From Candidatus Latescibacterota bacterium (GTDB taxonomy: Bacteria > Latescibacterota > UBA2968 > GCA-2709665): a DNA stretch of 64,000 nucleotides. Below are positions 61,648 through 64,000 of this stretch, in pieces. Where the stretch lies: the NCBI GenBank assembly GCA_965226795.1, contig CBDDDZ010000004.1, positions 832,001 through 896,000 of the forward strand, in the 5' to 3' direction. The number at the start of each line of letters is the position of its first letter. The stretch's first letter is position 1. A program made the translations under genes and the position numbers. The notes under the pieces were generated by a model. That model was not told the origin of the DNA, did not search any database, and saw only the letters and a program-made list of their open reading frames with translations.

Positions 61648-61825
61648 GCGGGCTACCTGCGGAGTCTATTCAGGTTGCCTGTGATGCGTTGACCGAGCCG
61701 ACGCGCGGTCCACACGAATGCGTCGACGGAGCGGACCGCCGCGGAGGCGTCTGTTCTGCATTGATGTTCTGTCCTTGATATAAATCTCCCTAATTGGGCT
61801 GTCGAGTCGCCCGTCTGGCAGGCTG

Positions 61826-61898
61826 CTTGAGCCCTGAGCCGCTCCCTTAGCACGTGCCCTGAGCTTGTCGAAGGGTGTCGAAGGGTCGGCGAAGGACT
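61826..61898. repeat. REP-type CCCTGAGCTTGTCGAAGGG cluster
   Basis: Inverted homologue of 31046-31116. Confidence 0.8.
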
Positions 61899-61985
61899 GT
61901 CAATTGACGCCGAACGGAAATCCAAACGTGAAAATTCGTCCTATTGGCTGAGCGACGTTTCGTTGATAATAGAATCGGAGAATTA

Positions 61986-62899
61986 ATGACTGCCTTGATG
62001 TTAAGGCGTTTTTTTGTGGCCATCGTGGCGTTGTCAAGGCTGTATTCCTGTTCAGAAAATGACGACATGCCACTCGAAGCACCTGCAACGACAGGTTTAT
62101 TCACACAAACGCTGAACCATAATGGAACAATAAGAGAATATATCGTGTATGTGCCGGATTCTTATGATGGAGATGCGAGCGTCCCACTGATGCTCAACTT
62201 TCACGGATTCGGTCAGAGGGCAGACCAATATCTGAATTTTTCAGATATGCGGTCATTGGCAGATACGGGAAAATTTATTCTGGTTTATCCTCAAGGTACC
62301 TTGCTGGATGGAGATCCGCACTGGAATGCCGGTCTAAAATCGGATGACAATAAAAGTGATGCGGAGGACTTCGGTTTTGTCGGAGCACTAATCAATGAAA
62401 TTTCCTCGAATTACAAGATTGACCCGGCAAGAGTATATTCCTGTGGTTTCTCAAACGGCGCTTTCTTTACGTATGCACTTGCCTGCTATCATAGCGATAA
62501 AATAGCGGCAATAGGTTCTGTTGCCGGAACGATGATGGAGGAAACATATAACAACTGTAACCCATCACACCCTACGGCCATGATAAATATTCACGGTACA
62601 TCAGACCCTATGTCCCCTATGGCGGGTGGAATGAAGGATTGAAATCAATTGACGACGTGCTTGCTTATTGGACAGGTTTCAATAGTACCAGTGCTACTCC
62701 CACAGTAAATCGCATGAATGATGGTGTAATAACAATAGAACACGATTCCTATACAGATGGCGACGACAATATTTCTGTTGAGCATTATAAGGTTATCAAC
62801 GGAGGGCATGTCTGGTTCGATATCAACTACGACGGCTCCAGTACCAGTGGTTTAATCTGGAATTTTGTCTCGAGATATGACATAAATGGATTGAGGTAA
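61986..62899 (+). CDS. PHB-depolymerase/LpqP-like esterase, frameshifted at ~62607
   Basis: REYIVYVP, LNFHGFG, ILVYPQG, GFSNG nucleophile motif, IHGTSDP; after a missing C it continues YVPYGG...GGHVW. AT-rich. Confidence 0.82.
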
Positions 62900-63099
62900 T
62901 TCGACGGGATCCAGGCATACCCCTCCAATGCCAACGTGGGCGGCCTGCTCCGCAGCCGCCCACGACAATAATACGCCGGGGACCGAATTCAAACACCCAT
63001 TTCCCTCTATAGATCCAACCATCGACATCAAGGGCATCCAGAAATTCCACTTGCTATACTTTTCCCGGATACGACAGGCGTCGCGGGTATACATCGACT

Positions 63100-63837
63100 T
63101 CAATGCTTATATGCCACATGTCGATCTTCGTATTTTCCCTTTAGAAACCTTTCCGGATTGAGTTCTTCCGGCAAATAATGCCAAGCCGTACTATAGCGCG
63201 TGCGATTGCTGTGGTTATCATACGCACCGTGCAAGAGACTGGCGGAAAACAGAACAAGCGTGCCAGCGGGAATGACCAGATCCACAGCCCGCGATTCATC
63301 GACCTCCGTCCAACTGCCATGCCTGCCTGGATTTTTGCGGTGCTCGACAATCTTACCTATCCGGTGGCTGCCGGGCACCACCCGCAAACACCCATTCTCC
63401 ACATCTGAATCTTCCAGATAAATTCCGCAACTGACAATGCGATCCGTATCGGTGCCAAAATAAAAATTGTCCTGATGCCAGCTCGTTGACGTGCCGCCGT
63501 TGGGCAACTTCGGAAAAAACTTGGTGCCAAACACATCGATATTTTCACCAATCAAACCTGCGACGCGGTCTAAAATCGCCGGTTCACGCGCCAGTTTCAA
63601 CACGCGGGCATCGACCACGCAAACCCCCTGAACTTTGTGCAACAAACCCGCCCGGGGTTTACCGCGTTCGTCCAACTCGAGCGCCCAGTGCGGCGTCTCC
63701 TCGGTCATTTTACGCCCCTCTGCGACCAGTTCATCAAACACGCGCTTGTAATGGGCCAACCGCTCGCCTTGTATCAGGGCTTCAAAAACGAGATACCCAT
63801 CTTCTCGAAACTGCCGGTCCTGTTCGTCAGTTAACAT
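63100..63837 (-). CDS. PhyH family dioxygenase
   Basis: FREDGYL, WHQDN, NGCLRVVPGSH, LLHGAYDN, TRYS. GAGGAGG RBS. Confidence 0.92.
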   Translation of the reverse strand: MLTDEQDRQFREDGYLVFEALIQGERLAHYKRVFDELVAEGRKMTEETPHWALELDERGKPRAGLLHKVQGVCVVDARVLKLAREPAILDRVAGLIGENIDVFGTKFFPKLPNGGTSTSWHQDNFYFGTDTDRIVSCGIYLEDSDVENGCLRVVPGSHRIGKIVEHRKNPGRHGSWTEVDESRAVDLVIPAGTLVLFSASLLHGAYDNHSNRTRYSTAWHYLPEELNPERFLKGKYEDRHVAYKH

Positions 63838-64000
63838 TAAGACCTCCTCAAATTCACTCGGCTACTTCGGTCGCGCAAACGCGACCAGGGGTGATTACGC
63901 CAACCAGTAGCCAGACATAGGACCTTTTTTTGGCTATATTAAGCCGGGAATCAAGGGTACGAGCGCTTGAACGCGCCCCGGCCGGGGACTTGCCCTATAC

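Overview
A GC-rich bacterial accessory region. The gene content suggests a sponge-associated Latescibacterota/Gemmatimonadota/Poribacteria-like symbiont; this is an inference from the cohesin/dockerin-like cadherin-FN3 giant proteins, several PhyH dioxygenases and an ERG4/ERG24-like reductase. Left to right: (1) two tandem paralogous giant surface proteins separated by an IS4 element and a decayed M8-like peptidase; (2) a methyltransferase-hisI-hisG operon preceded by a sigma70 promoter, a His-rich leader peptide and a terminator, i.e. an attenuator missed by standard ORF calling; (3) a ~19 kb co-oriented glycan-catabolic-looking locus (heparinase II/III-like, sialidase-like, GH36-like, M81, amidohydrolase pair, two unknown ~800 aa paralogues) bracketed by two inverted copies of a ~400 nt highly structured non-coding element; (4) a Schlafen/AlbA_2 protein and a frameshifted STAND/NACHT-like ATPase with a C-terminal PD-(D/E)XK nuclease; (5) a decayed zone with a repeated promoter module, a probable selenocysteine peroxiredoxin fused to an IS3 OrfA start, and an IS1595 derivative carrying a RelE-like toxin-antitoxin pair; (6) katG-bcp, a three-gene Lamassu/ABC-3C defence system whose ATPase appears to start at CTG, then SRPBCC, sterol-reductase-like, esterase and PhyH genes. 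No rRNA, tRNA or CRISPR array was seen. Many single-base frameshifts may be long-read errors. All family calls come from visual motif recognition; no searches were run.
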